Assembly: GCA_944368775.1 (NCBI GenBank)
Contig: CALVXB010000006.1
Location: 8,196-72,195, forward strand
Reading direction: 5' to 3'
DNA length: 64,000 bases
Source of the DNA: an uncultured Clostridia bacterium
Lineage (GTDB): Bacteria; Bacillota; Clostridia; Christensenellales; Borkfalkiaceae
The notes under the pieces are model-generated. The model was given only the letters and a program-made list of their open reading frames with translations. It was not told the DNA's origin and did no database searches. Position numbers and translations under genes: made by a program. Each line of letters starts with the position of its first letter. The first letter of the stretch is position 1. Shown here piece by piece: positions 44,349 to 54,554 of the stretch.

Positions 44349-45482
44349 ATGAAGATCGCAATTTTCGGCGGGTCGTTCGACCCCGTCCACGCCGAACACG
44401 TCAGCATCGCCCGCGCCGCGCGCGAAAAGCTGGGGGCGGACAGGGTCGTCGTCGTGCCCGCGTTTTTGCCGCCGCACAAGGCGGAGCGCCACCTCGCGCC
44501 CGCAGCCGCGCGGCTGGAGATGGCCCGCCTCGCCTTTGCCGGCATCCCCGGCTGCGAGGTCAGCCCGTACGAGATCAACGCGGGCGGCACCAGCTACACC
44601 GTGCGCACGCTGCGCAGATTCCGCGAGCTGTACCCGCAAGACGAGCTGTTTTTGCTCGTCGGCGCGGATATGCTGCGCGATTTTTACACATGGAAGCAGC
44701 CGGAGGACATCCTCTCGATGGCGACGCTCGTCGCCTGCGGGCGGGAGGGGGACCCCGCCGACTTCAAAAAGGAGCAAAAGCGCTTCACCGCGCGCTTCGG
44801 CGTGCCCTTTCTCCCCCTCGGATACACGGGCGGGCCCGTCTCGTCGACGGAGGTGCGCGTGCTGTGCGCCTTCGGCGAGGACGCGCGCGGGTTTCTGCCC
44901 GCCGAGGTCGCCGACTACATCGACGCGAACGAGCTGTACCGCGTGGGGCCGGTGCGCGCCGCGCTCGGCTACCTGACCCCCGCCCGCCGCAAGCACAGCC
45001 TGCGCGTGGCGCTGACGGCGGCGGGGCGCGCGGCGCAGGTCGGCGTGTCCGAGTACGACGCCGTGCTCGCCGCCGGCCTGCACGACTGCGCCAAAAACCT
45101 CCCGCCCGACGCGCCCGCGCTCGCGGGCTTTTGCCCGCCCGACGATGTTCCCGCGCCCGTGCTGCACCAATACGCGGGGGCGTACGTCGCCGAGCACACC
45201 CTCGGCGTCACCGACCAAAACGTGCTCGACGCCATCCGCTACCACACCTCCGGCCGCCCCGCGATGAGCGCGCTCGAAAAGCTCATCTTTCTTGCGGACA
45301 TGCTCGAGCCGGGGCGCGACTTCCCCGGCATCCGCAGGCTGCGCAAGCTGTTTGCCGAAAGCCTCGACGCCTGTATGTACCGCAGCCTCAAAGAGGAGAT
45401 CAAACACTTAAAAAAGGGGAAGGGGAGCATCTACCCGCTCACCTTCCGCGCCTACGAATATTATAAAGAACACCGCAAATAA
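44349..45482 (+). CDS. nadD: Nicotinate-nucleotide adenylyltransferase NadD fused to a YqeK-type HD-domain hydrolase
   Basis: N-terminal IFGGSFDPVHAEH (HxGH-type nucleotidyltransferase motif) and SSTEVR. C-terminal HD domain (HSLRVALTAA...AAGLHDCAK...IRYHTSG...LIFLADMLEP). One uninterrupted 377-aa ORF. Confidence 0.85.
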   Translation: MKIAIFGGSFDPVHAEHVSIARAAREKLGADRVVVVPAFLPPHKAERHLAPAAARLEMARLAFAGIPGCEVSPYEINAGGTSYTVRTLRRFRELYPQDELFLLVGADMLRDFYTWKQPEDILSMATLVACGREGDPADFKKEQKRFTARFGVPFLPLGYTGGPVSSTEVRVLCAFGEDARGFLPAEVADYIDANELYRVGPVRAALGYLTPARRKHSLRVALTAAGRAAQVGVSEYDAVLAAGLHDCAKNLPPDAPALAGFCPPDDVPAPVLHQYAGAYVAEHTLGVTDQNVLDAIRYHTSGRPAMSALEKLIFLADMLEPGRDFPGIRRLRKLFAESLDACMYRSLKEEIKHLKKGKGSIYPLTFRAYEYYKEHRK

Positions 45483-45531
45483 TAGTGGGAGAGGCCGCAT
45501 CGCCCTCTCTCCCTATACAAAAGGAGACTAT

Positions 45532-45876
45532 ATGGAAGTTTTACAGCTTGCACAAGAGATCGGCAGCTACCTCTCGCAGAAAAAGGCGGAGGACATCCTC
45601 ATCATCGACGTGCGCGAAAAGACGGCGCTGTGCGACTACTTCGTCATCGCCTCCGGCCGCAACACCACGCAGGTGCGCACCCTGTGCGAAAACCTCGAAG
45701 AGCACCTCTCCAAGCAGGGCGTCGAGCCCCGCCGCACCGAGGGTGTGCGCGAGGGGCGCTGGGGGGTGCTCGACTACGCAGACGTCATCGTGCACGTCTT
45801 CAACGACGACACCCGCCTCTTTTATCACATCGAGCGCCTCTGGGCGGAGGGCGAAAACGTCCGCCGCGTCGAGTAA
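45532..45876 (+). CDS. rsfS: Ribosome silencing factor RsfS
   Basis: KKAEDILIIDVREKTALCDYFVIASGRNTTQVRTL...WGVLDYADVIVHVF is the canonical RsfS/IojAP pattern. Confidence 0.92.
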   Translation: MEVLQLAQEIGSYLSQKKAEDILIIDVREKTALCDYFVIASGRNTTQVRTLCENLEEHLSKQGVEPRRTEGVREGRWGVLDYADVIVHVFNDDTRLFYHIERLWAEGENVRRVE

Positions 45877-45980
45877 GGGCTTTTGGGAAGAAGTTTTCTC
45901 TGCGCCTTCTCGCCTGCGCGCCCGCAGTCTGCGTTCCGCCCGCCTGCGGCATGGGGGCGGGCGGCGCGCCTTTGCCGCCG

Positions 45981-46235
45981 CTACTTCTGGAAGCGGATCT
46001 CGCGCGGGGCGGCGTATTCCTGCTTGGCGCGCGTGCGCTTCTTCTCCACGATGTAATACACCGGTTGCGGCGGGGGCGGCGGGGCAGGCGGGTCTGCGCC
46101 CTCTTCTTCCGGCTCTTCGCCGCGCCGGGCGCGGCGGTGCAGCGCGTACAGGCGGAAGCCCGCCACCCCGCCCAGGCATAACAAAAACAGCAGTACAAGA
46201 TACACCGCGCCCATCGCGGCGGACGCAAGCAGCAT
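45981..46235 (-). CDS. Small hypothetical membrane protein (84 aa)
   Basis: ATG at 46235, 8 nt after AAGGAGG. One TM helix (MGAVYLVLLFLLCLGGVAGF), a Pro-rich spacer, and a basic tail. Confidence 0.45.
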   Translation of the reverse strand: MLLASAAMGAVYLVLLFLLCLGGVAGFRLYALHRRARRGEEPEEEGADPPAPPPPPQPVYYIVEKKRTRAKQEYAAPREIRFQK

Positions 46236-46338
46236 AGGCGGCACCTCCTTGCCCCGTTGTGAGGGGATGCGCGCATTGTATCACGGCGGCGGCCGCGCGC
46301 GGCGTCCCCTTTTGTAAATTGCAGGAGGTTTTTGCCGA

Positions 46339-47640
46339 ATGACCATCTACGACGTGATCGACCGCAAAAAGCGCGGGCAGGCGCTCTCCGACGAGGAGAT
46401 CCGCTATTTCGTGCAGGCGGTGGCGGGCGGCGGCGCGTCAGACGCGCAGATCGCCGCCTTCTGCATGGCGGTATTGCTTGTCGGCATGAGCGAGGCGGAG
46501 TGCTTCGCCCTCACCCGCGCCATGACGGACAGCGGCGCGCGCGTGCCCCGCCCGCGCGCGGGCGGGGTGTTCGTCGACAAGCACTCGACGGGCGGCGTGT
46601 CCGATTCGACCACCCTCGTCCTCGCGCCCGTGCTCGCCGCCTGCGGCGCGCGCTGCGCCAAGTATTCGGGGCGCGGCCTCGGGCACACGGGCGGCACGCT
46701 GGATAAGTTAGAGTGCTTCCCCGGGCTGACGGTATCCCTCACCCCCGCGCAGTTCGAGGCGCAGGCCGAGCGGGTGGGGGCGGTCGTCGCGGGGCAGACG
46801 GCGCAGGTCGTTCCCGCCGACAAGCGCATGTACGCCGTGCGCGACGTCACCGCCACCGTCGACAGCATCCCCCTCATCGCGGCGTCGGTGATGAGCAAAA
46901 AGCTCGCCTCCTTTGCAGACGTCATCCTGCTCGACGTCAAGTACGGCGAGGGGGCGTTCGTGCGGGGTGTGGAGGACGCCGCCTCTCTCGCCGCGCTGAT
47001 GGTCGGTATCGGCCGCCGCGCCGGGCGCAGGATGTGCGCCTCCGTCACCTGCATGGATCAGCCGCTCGGCGATTGGGTCGGCTGCTGCGCCGAGGTGCGC
47101 GAGGCGGTCGGCGTGCTGCGCGGAGAGGTGCAAAACGACCTCGCCGCCCTCTCGCTCGACCACGCCGCACGGCTGCTGCGGCTCGCTTTGGGCATTTCGG
47201 CGGCGGAGGCGGAGCGGCGCGTCAAAGGGGCCGTCGCCTCGGGCGCGGCGCTGCAAAAACTGCGCGACATGGTCGCCGCGCAGGGGGGAGACGCCCGCGC
47301 CGTCGACGACTTTTCTCTCCTTCCCTTAGCGCCCCAACGCGCCCTCATCCGCGCCCCGCGCGACGGCTTCGTGCGGGTGCATGCCCTGCCCCTCGGGCAG
47401 GCGTGCGTGCTGCTGGGCGGGGGCAGGCAGAGGGCGGGGGAGGCCGTCGACCATACCGTCGCCCTGCACCTGCTGCGGCGCACGGGCAGCCGCGTGCGCG
47501 CGGGCGAGCCGCTTTTAGAGGTGTTCCACCGCGGCGGCGCGCAGGCCGCGCTCGGGCGCGCGGCCGAAGGCTTTTCGGTAGAGCAAATGCCGCCCGCCGC
47601 GCAGCCGCTCATCTACCGCACCATCGAGGAGGATACCTGA
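46339..47640 (+). CDS. pdp: Pyrimidine-nucleoside (thymidine) phosphorylase
   Basis: MTIYDVIDRKKRGQALSDEEIRYFV start. Motifs DKHSTGGVSDSTTL and SGRGLGHTGGTLDKLE. Confidence 0.92.
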   Translation: MTIYDVIDRKKRGQALSDEEIRYFVQAVAGGGASDAQIAAFCMAVLLVGMSEAECFALTRAMTDSGARVPRPRAGGVFVDKHSTGGVSDSTTLVLAPVLAACGARCAKYSGRGLGHTGGTLDKLECFPGLTVSLTPAQFEAQAERVGAVVAGQTAQVVPADKRMYAVRDVTATVDSIPLIAASVMSKKLASFADVILLDVKYGEGAFVRGVEDAASLAALMVGIGRRAGRRMCASVTCMDQPLGDWVGCCAEVREAVGVLRGEVQNDLAALSLDHAARLLRLALGISAAEAERRVKGAVASGAALQKLRDMVAAQGGDARAVDDFSLLPLAPQRALIRAPRDGFVRVHALPLGQACVLLGGGRQRAGEAVDHTVALHLLRRTGSRVRAGEPLLEVFHRGGAQAALGRAAEGFSVEQMPPAAQPLIYRTIEEDT

Positions 47641-48540
47641 ATGTTCGATTTTTTTAAGAAGGAAAGTCCCGCGCAGGCAGAGCCCGCGCGATCCCCCGCA
47701 CCGGCGGAGGGCGCGCCCGCAGAGAGCGCCCCGCAAAGCGTGAACGCGCAGCCGCAAAACGTGAACGCGCAGCCGCAAAGCGCAAGCGCGCAGCCGCAGG
47801 CGGGCGGGTCCATCCCCGTTACGGAGATGGAAGAGTTTGCCGAGTTCCGCCGCCGCAAAAAGGCGGAAGAGCTCGCCCGCCGTCTGCGCATGATCGACCA
47901 TACCCTGCTCAAACAGACGGCGACGCGCGCAGACATCCGCAAGCTGTGCGACGAGGCGCGCACCTTCGGCTTTTATTCGGTGTGCGTGCAGCCGGTGTAC
48001 GTCTCCGTCTGCCGCACCTTCCTCAAAAATGACCCGCAGGTCAAGATCGCCTGCGTCGTCGGCTTCCCGATGGGCGAAAACGTCATCCCCGTCAAGGTGT
48101 ACGAAACAAAGCGCGCCGTCGCCGACGGCGCGGACGAGATCGACATGGTCATCTGCATCTCCGCCGTCAAAAACGGCGACTACGCCTACGTCAAGCGCGA
48201 GGTCAAAAAGGTGGTGCGCGCCGCGCAGGGCAGGCCGGTCAAGGTCATCTTGGAGACGTCGCTGCTCACCAAAGAGGAGATGGTGCGCGCCGCCTGCTGC
48301 GCGCGCGACGCGGGCGCGGCCTTCGTCAAAACGAGCACCGGCTACTTCGGCGGCGGTGCCACGGCAGACGACGTGCGCCTGTTAAAGCAGACGGTGCGCG
48401 GGGTGTGCCAAGTCAAAGCGTCGGGCGGCATCCGCACGGCGGAGGACTTCGCCGCCATGGAGAGCGCGGGCGCAGACCGCATCGGCACCAGCGCGGGCGT
48501 CGCCATCGCCGAGGGCTTGCAGAAGGGGCAGAAGGACTGA
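47641..48540 (+). CDS. deoC: Deoxyribose-phosphate aldolase with an ~80-aa low-complexity N-terminal extension
   Basis: The core runs from MIDHTLLKQTAT. Catalytic lysine contexts are FVKTSTGY and VKASGGIRT. The N-terminal extension contains NAQPQ(N/S) repeats. Confidence 0.88.
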   Translation: MFDFFKKESPAQAEPARSPAPAEGAPAESAPQSVNAQPQNVNAQPQSASAQPQAGGSIPVTEMEEFAEFRRRKKAEELARRLRMIDHTLLKQTATRADIRKLCDEARTFGFYSVCVQPVYVSVCRTFLKNDPQVKIACVVGFPMGENVIPVKVYETKRAVADGADEIDMVICISAVKNGDYAYVKREVKKVVRAAQGRPVKVILETSLLTKEEMVRAACCARDAGAAFVKTSTGYFGGGATADDVRLLKQTVRGVCQVKASGGIRTAEDFAAMESAGADRIGTSAGVAIAEGLQKGQKD

Positions 48541-48679
48541 CCGCCCGCCCCGCCCCTCTTCTCGCGCCATCTGCCCCGCGCGCCCGCTTGCGCCATTCGC
48601 CGCCGGCCTTGCCTTTCGCGCCCTTTGCGCGGGCGAAAAAAGATTTTTGAAAAAAGTGAGTTAACCATAGTTAATTCGT

Positions 48680-48708
48680 TTGACAGGGCGGCGGCGGTGT
48701 GCTATAAT
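48680..48708 (+). promoter_or_regulatory. Orphan consensus promoter
   Basis: TTGACA (48680-48685), 17-nt spacer, TGc-TATAAT (48703-48708). No credible ORF follows. Confidence 0.65.
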
Positions 48709-48714
48709 AGGGGC

Positions 48715-48838
48715 ACAAAAGGAAGTTGAAGCACCTCCAAGCTCTAAGCTCTGAACTCTAAAAACGCTCATTCCCGTTATAATAACCTACCGATATGTCA
48801 AAAACGGCGGCTCGCACAGGGCTGCCGTTTTTGTCTGC
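48715..48838 (+). ncRNA. Candidate small RNA (promoter-to-terminator unit, about 125 nt; about 170 nt if the second terminator is used)
   Basis: Bounded by the consensus promoter at 48680-48708 and the hairpin/T-tract at about 48800-48838. It contains only an 11-codon TTG mini-ORF with poor RBS spacing. Confidence 0.35.
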
Positions 48839-48890
48839 CCTTATGTCAAAAACGGCGGCTCGCACAGGGCTGCCGTTTTTGTCTGCCCTT
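48795..48890 (+). terminator. Two tandem 48-bp copies of a terminator-like hairpin
   Basis: ATGTCAAAAACGGCGGCTCGCACAGGGCTGCCGTTTTTGTCTGCCCTT occurs twice back to back (48795-48842 and 48843-48890). Each copy is an A-tract, a 9-bp stem with one mismatch, and a T-tract. Confidence 0.75.
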
Positions 48891-49013
48891 GCGGGCGCTT
48901 CTGCGGGCGGCGGGGGAGCGGCGTGCGCTTCTGCGGGCGGCGGGGGGAGCGCGGGCGGGCACGCCGCTGCCGCGGGCGGGGCAAAAATTTTTTCGGATTG
49001 TGGCGCAAAACTC

Positions 49014-49042
49014 TTGACAAAGGCGGCAATTCTTTATATAAT
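49014..49042 (+). promoter_or_regulatory. hrcA operon promoter
   Basis: TTGACA (49014-49019), 17-nt spacer, TATAAT (49037-49042). Confidence 0.85.
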
Positions 49043-49046
49043 AGCG

Positions 49047-49073
49047 TTAGCACTTGGGTTAAGAGAGTGCTAA
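49047..49073 (+). promoter_or_regulatory. CIRCE operator (HrcA binding site)
   Basis: TTAGCACTT-GGGTTAAGA-GAGTGCTAA compared with the consensus TTAGCACTC-N9-GAGTGCTAA. It lies immediately downstream of the -10 element. Confidence 0.92.
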
Positions 49074-49118
49074 CAACAAGAAAAATCAAGTGCCAAAGTT
49101 CGCGAGGGGTGAGCGGCC

Positions 49119-50171
49119 ATGAAGATGTCCGACCGAAAACGGAAAATTTTACAGATCGTCGTCGACGAATACATCAACACTGCCGTGCCCGTCTCCAGCA
49201 AGAGCATTGCAGAAAAGCACCTCACCAAGATCAGCTCCGCCACCGTGCGCAACGAGCTGGCCTCGCTCGAAGAGCTCGGCTATCTGACGCAGTTCCACAC
49301 CTCGGGCGGGCGGGTGCCGTCGCCGCAGGCGTATCGGTTTTACATCGAAGAGCTGATGCAAAAGGGCGACCTGTCCGAGCGCGACCTCGACTACATCCAC
49401 GAGGCGTTCAGCCACAAGTCGAACGACGTCGAGCACCTCATCAAGGACGTGACCAAGGTCATCTCCGAACTGACAGACTACACCTCCGTCGCCATCGGCC
49501 CGCATGCCGACGGCGAGCGCATCCGCAGCATCTCGCTGCTCCCCTGCGGAGACGGGCGGGCGCTGCTGGTCATCGTAACGGGCGAGCGCATCTTGCGCGA
49601 CAGCTTTATCGACGTGCCCGACGGCATGCCCGACGAGGACCTGTCCAACGCCTCGCACGTCATCTCCAAGCTGTTCGAGGGCAAGCGCCTCTCGGAGGCG
49701 AAAGACGTCGAAGAGCAGGTGCTCGCCGAGTTCGGGCAGTACCGCCAGGTCATGCGCGAGGTCATCGACGCGCTCAAATCGTACACCCGCCCGCGCGAGG
49801 AGGACGTCGTCCTCTCGGGGCCGGATAAAATTTTCAACCACCCCGAGTTCGAGGACGTCGAAAACGTCAAAAATTTTCTGACGGTCATCTCCAGCAAGGA
49901 TAAGATCGCCGAGCTCATCGACTCGGGCGACGACGAGATCCAGATCAACGTCAAGATCGGCTCGTGCGACGACAAAGACGTCCCCGACGACTGCTCCGTC
50001 GTCACCGCGACGTACTCCGCCGGCGGCAAAAGCCTCGGCACCTACGGCGTCATCGGGCCCATCCGCATGGACTACACCAAGGTGATCACCGTGCTCGAAA
50101 ACGTCGGCAAGGCGCTCGAGGGGCTGGTCAACAATAAAAAGAAGGAAAAAGACAAGGACAAGGACGAATAA
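49119..50171 (+). CDS. hrcA: Heat-inducible transcription repressor HrcA
   Basis: MSDRKRKILQIVVDEYINTAVPVSSKSIAEK... is the canonical HrcA N-terminal wHTH. The gene sits upstream of grpE-dnaK-dnaJ. Confidence 0.93.
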   Translation: MKMSDRKRKILQIVVDEYINTAVPVSSKSIAEKHLTKISSATVRNELASLEELGYLTQFHTSGGRVPSPQAYRFYIEELMQKGDLSERDLDYIHEAFSHKSNDVEHLIKDVTKVISELTDYTSVAIGPHADGERIRSISLLPCGDGRALLVIVTGERILRDSFIDVPDGMPDEDLSNASHVISKLFEGKRLSEAKDVEEQVLAEFGQYRQVMREVIDALKSYTRPREEDVVLSGPDKIFNHPEFEDVENVKNFLTVISSKDKIAELIDSGDDEIQINVKIGSCDDKDVPDDCSVVTATYSAGGKSLGTYGVIGPIRMDYTKVITVLENVGKALEGLVNNKKKEKDKDKDE

Positions 50172-50173
50172 GC

Positions 50174-50725
50174 ATGAACGAAGAGATCAAAGAGGCCGCA
50201 GCGCAGCAAGAGGACGCCGCACAGCCGGCCGAGCAGCCCGCACAGCAGGCGGAACAGGCCGCACAAGAGAGCGCGCAGGCGCAGCTCGAAGAGGCGCTCG
50301 CCGCCGCCAAGGCGGAGGCAGCCGGCTATAAAGACAAGTGGATGCGCGCCGCCGCCGAGTTCGATAACTTCCGCAAGCGCAACGAGCAGACCCGCCGCAA
50401 CGCCTATTTGGACGGCAAGGCAGACGTGCTGTTGAAGATCTTTCCCGTCGGCGACAACCTCGAGCGCGCCCTCGCCACCTGCGACGAGCAGACCAAAAAG
50501 GGGATCGAAATGGTGCTGCGCGCCTTCAACAAGCTGCTCGAAGAGGAGGGCATCGAGGCGATCGACCCCAAAGACGAGGAGTTCGACCCGACCTACTGCG
50601 AGGCGATCATGAGCGAGCCCGCCGCCGAGGGCGTCGAGCCCGGCTACGTCAAGGAGGTCTTCCTCAAGGGCTACAAGCGGGGCGAAAAGGTGCTGCGGTT
50701 CGCGCAGGTGAAAGTAACAACATGA
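50174..50725 (+). CDS. grpE: Nucleotide exchange factor GrpE
   Basis: YKDKWMRAAAEFDNFRKRNEQ ... GYKRGEKVLRFAQVKV are typical GrpE motifs. Confidence 0.93.
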   Translation: MNEEIKEAAAQQEDAAQPAEQPAQQAEQAAQESAQAQLEEALAAAKAEAAGYKDKWMRAAAEFDNFRKRNEQTRRNAYLDGKADVLLKIFPVGDNLERALATCDEQTKKGIEMVLRAFNKLLEEEGIEAIDPKDEEFDPTYCEAIMSEPAAEGVEPGYVKEVFLKGYKRGEKVLRFAQVKVTT

Positions 50726-50995
50726 TTCACACTTTTTCTTTTGAGCTGTCAAAAGAAAAAGTCGTGATCTGAGGGCTCTGCCCTCTGCGGCGCGCTTTTT
50801 AAGGGCACACCAAAGTATGCGCGCCGCATTCACCCGCTGAGGCGCTCACGCGCAAATTGAGTGCGCTCATCAAAAGTGTGATTTTGACTCGCGCATTTGT
50901 TTTTATATAATAAATGCCGCAAATTCACTCTTTCCTCGTAAGCCATTCGGCAAATTGAGGGAAAAAGGCAAAAGCGTGGTTTTGCCTTTTTCAAG
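50726..50995. repeat. Mosaic nested-hairpin repeat locus L6, inserted between grpE and dnaK
   Basis: Starts at the first base after the grpE stop. Hairpin A variant 2 (50732-50761), then the B/C modules, then the TTGACTCGCGC module carrying TTGACT-16-TATAAT (50884-50911), then hairpin G (about 50958-50990). Confidence 0.9.
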
Positions 50996-51164
50996 AGGTT
51001 TAATTAGAGGCGTTCGAAAGTTTTTCTGTAAAAGATTTTCGAAAAAGTTTCAAAAGACAAAGACGCGAGATCGCGTTCGGATATACATTCAAAAAACCTT
51101 AAAAAAACAAATTAAAAAAGAATCAAGGCCCGAAAGGTTTTTTCGGGTTCCGATAAAGGAGTGA

Positions 51165-52970
<1,806 letters not shown>

Positions 52971-53113
52971 CGAGTTATGCAGAAGATCGCGCCCCGTTCG
53001 GCGCGGTCTTGTGCGCAGGGGGGCCTTCCGGCGGCATTTTCAGATAAAAGTGCCGCGGAGGGCTCTGACCATGCGGCCGCGCGTCCGCGCGGCGCGCTGC
53101 GCAAGAGGTGTTT

Positions 53114-54268
53114 ATGGCAGACAAGAATTATTACGAGACGTTGGGCGTGGATAAAAAGGCGTCGGAGGCGGACATCAAGTCCGCCTATCGCAAGCTCGCC
53201 AAAATGTACCACCCCGACCTTCACCCGAACGACGAGGCCGCAGCGGCCAAGTTCAAAGAGATCAACGAGGCGTACGAGGTGCTCTCCGACCAGCAGAAGC
53301 GCGCCGCCTACGACTACGAGCTCGAGCACCCGAACGCGCGCGGAAGCGGCGCGGGCGGCTTTTCGGGCGCGGGATTCGGCGGCGGATTTTCCGGCTTCGG
53401 CGGCTTCGGCGACATTTTCAGCGACATCTTTTCCGGCTTCGGCGGCGGCAGCGCGCAGCGCGCGGCCGAGGCGCAGGGGGAGGACATCACCAAAGAGGTC
53501 GTCCTCAGCTTCCTCGACGCCGCCAAGGGCTGCACCAAAGAGATCCGCTACACCCGCAACGAGCCCTGCTCCGCCTGCCGCGGCACGGGCGCGAAAAACG
53601 GCACCGCGTACAAGACGTGCGACAAGTGCAAGGGCAGTGGGCAGATCCGCTACGCGCAGGACACGCTGTTCGGGCGCACCATCCGCATGGCCGCCTGCGA
53701 CGAGTGCGGCGGCACCGGCAAAAAGATCACCGAGCCCTGCCCCGAGTGCCGCGGCAAGGGGTACGTCCGCCGCGAAACGACGGTCACCCTCAACATCCCC
53801 GCCGGCGCGGATACCAACAGCTACATCCGCAAAAAGGGGTTCGGCCAGGCCGCGCCGCACGGCGGCACGCCCGGCGACCTCATCGTCATCTTCCGCGTCG
53901 AGCCGCACAAAATTTTCAAGCGCAAAGACAGGGACCTCTACGTCGAGCTGCCCATCTCCTTCCGCACCGCCGCGCTGGGCGGCAAGGTGCGCGTGCCCGG
54001 CATCGACGAGACCTTCGAGTATGCCATCCCCGAGGGCACGCAGAGCGGTACCACCTTCTGCGTGCGCGGCAAGGGGCTTAAAACGCGCGCCGGCACCGGC
54101 AATATGTACCTGACCGTCAGCGTCGAGGTGCCCACCAAGCTCTCGCGCGAGCAAAAGCGCGCCGTCGAGCAGATGGACGGCGGCTTAGACATCCGCCAGA
54201 GCGCCAAAATGCGCGCCTTCCGCGACAATATGCAGGCGATGTACGGCGTCGACCCCTACCAAAAATAA
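53114..54268 (+). CDS. dnaJ: Molecular chaperone DnaJ
   Basis: ATG at 53114 after AAGAGG. J domain with the HPD motif (KMYHPDLHP), a Gly/Phe-rich region, and four CxxCxGxG zinc motifs. Confidence 0.96.
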   Translation: MADKNYYETLGVDKKASEADIKSAYRKLAKMYHPDLHPNDEAAAAKFKEINEAYEVLSDQQKRAAYDYELEHPNARGSGAGGFSGAGFGGGFSGFGGFGDIFSDIFSGFGGGSAQRAAEAQGEDITKEVVLSFLDAAKGCTKEIRYTRNEPCSACRGTGAKNGTAYKTCDKCKGSGQIRYAQDTLFGRTIRMAACDECGGTGKKITEPCPECRGKGYVRRETTVTLNIPAGADTNSYIRKKGFGQAAPHGGTPGDLIVIFRVEPHKIFKRKDRDLYVELPISFRTAALGGKVRVPGIDETFEYAIPEGTQSGTTFCVRGKGLKTRAGTGNMYLTVSVEVPTKLSREQKRAVEQMDGGLDIRQSAKMRAFRDNMQAMYGVDPYQK

Positions 54269-54274
54269 ACATTT

Positions 54275-54312
54275 CCGCCCGCAGCGCGCTGCGGGCGGTC
54301 TTTCGTCTTTTT
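54275..54312 (+). terminator. Intrinsic terminator after dnaJ
   Basis: CCGCCCGCAG-CGCG-CTGCGGGCGG stem followed by TCTTTCGTCTTTTT. Confidence 0.8.
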
Positions 54313-54466
54313 GGGAGGGGAAAAAGCGCCCGCCGCGGGCGGGGCGGCCCGTTCTTTGCCGCGCGGCGCGCGTATCCCGCCTGTCCGCTGCGGCCGCACG
54401 GCGGCGGAAACATTGCCTGCGGGCGGCGGAAGAAAGCGCCCGCTCGCGGTTTTACCTTCAAACTGC

Positions 54467-54495
54467 TTGATAAATCGCCGAAAGTTTGTTACAAT
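54467..54495 (+). promoter_or_regulatory. asnS promoter
   Basis: TTGATA (54467-54472), 17-nt spacer, TACAAT (54490-54495). Confidence 0.65.
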
Positions 54496-54554
54496 AAAAG
54501 GAAACAAAACGGTCATCGTGCGAGCATTCGCACGCGATTTTGGGAGGATGCGCC

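Noticed and set aside
42917-45466. 849-aa plus-strand ORF spanning the repeat locus, the membrane-protein gene and nadD
   Set aside because: It starts inside the 196-bp tandem repeat and is out of frame with nadD (whose motifs lie in the 43926-45482 frame). The composition is extremely Arg/Ala/Pro-rich.
48795-49073. 92-aa ORF (MSKTAARTGLPFLSAL x2 ...) upstream of hrcA
   Set aside because: It consists of the duplicated terminator hairpins, then GC-rich spacer, and then runs through the hrcA promoter and CIRCE operator. It has no RBS.
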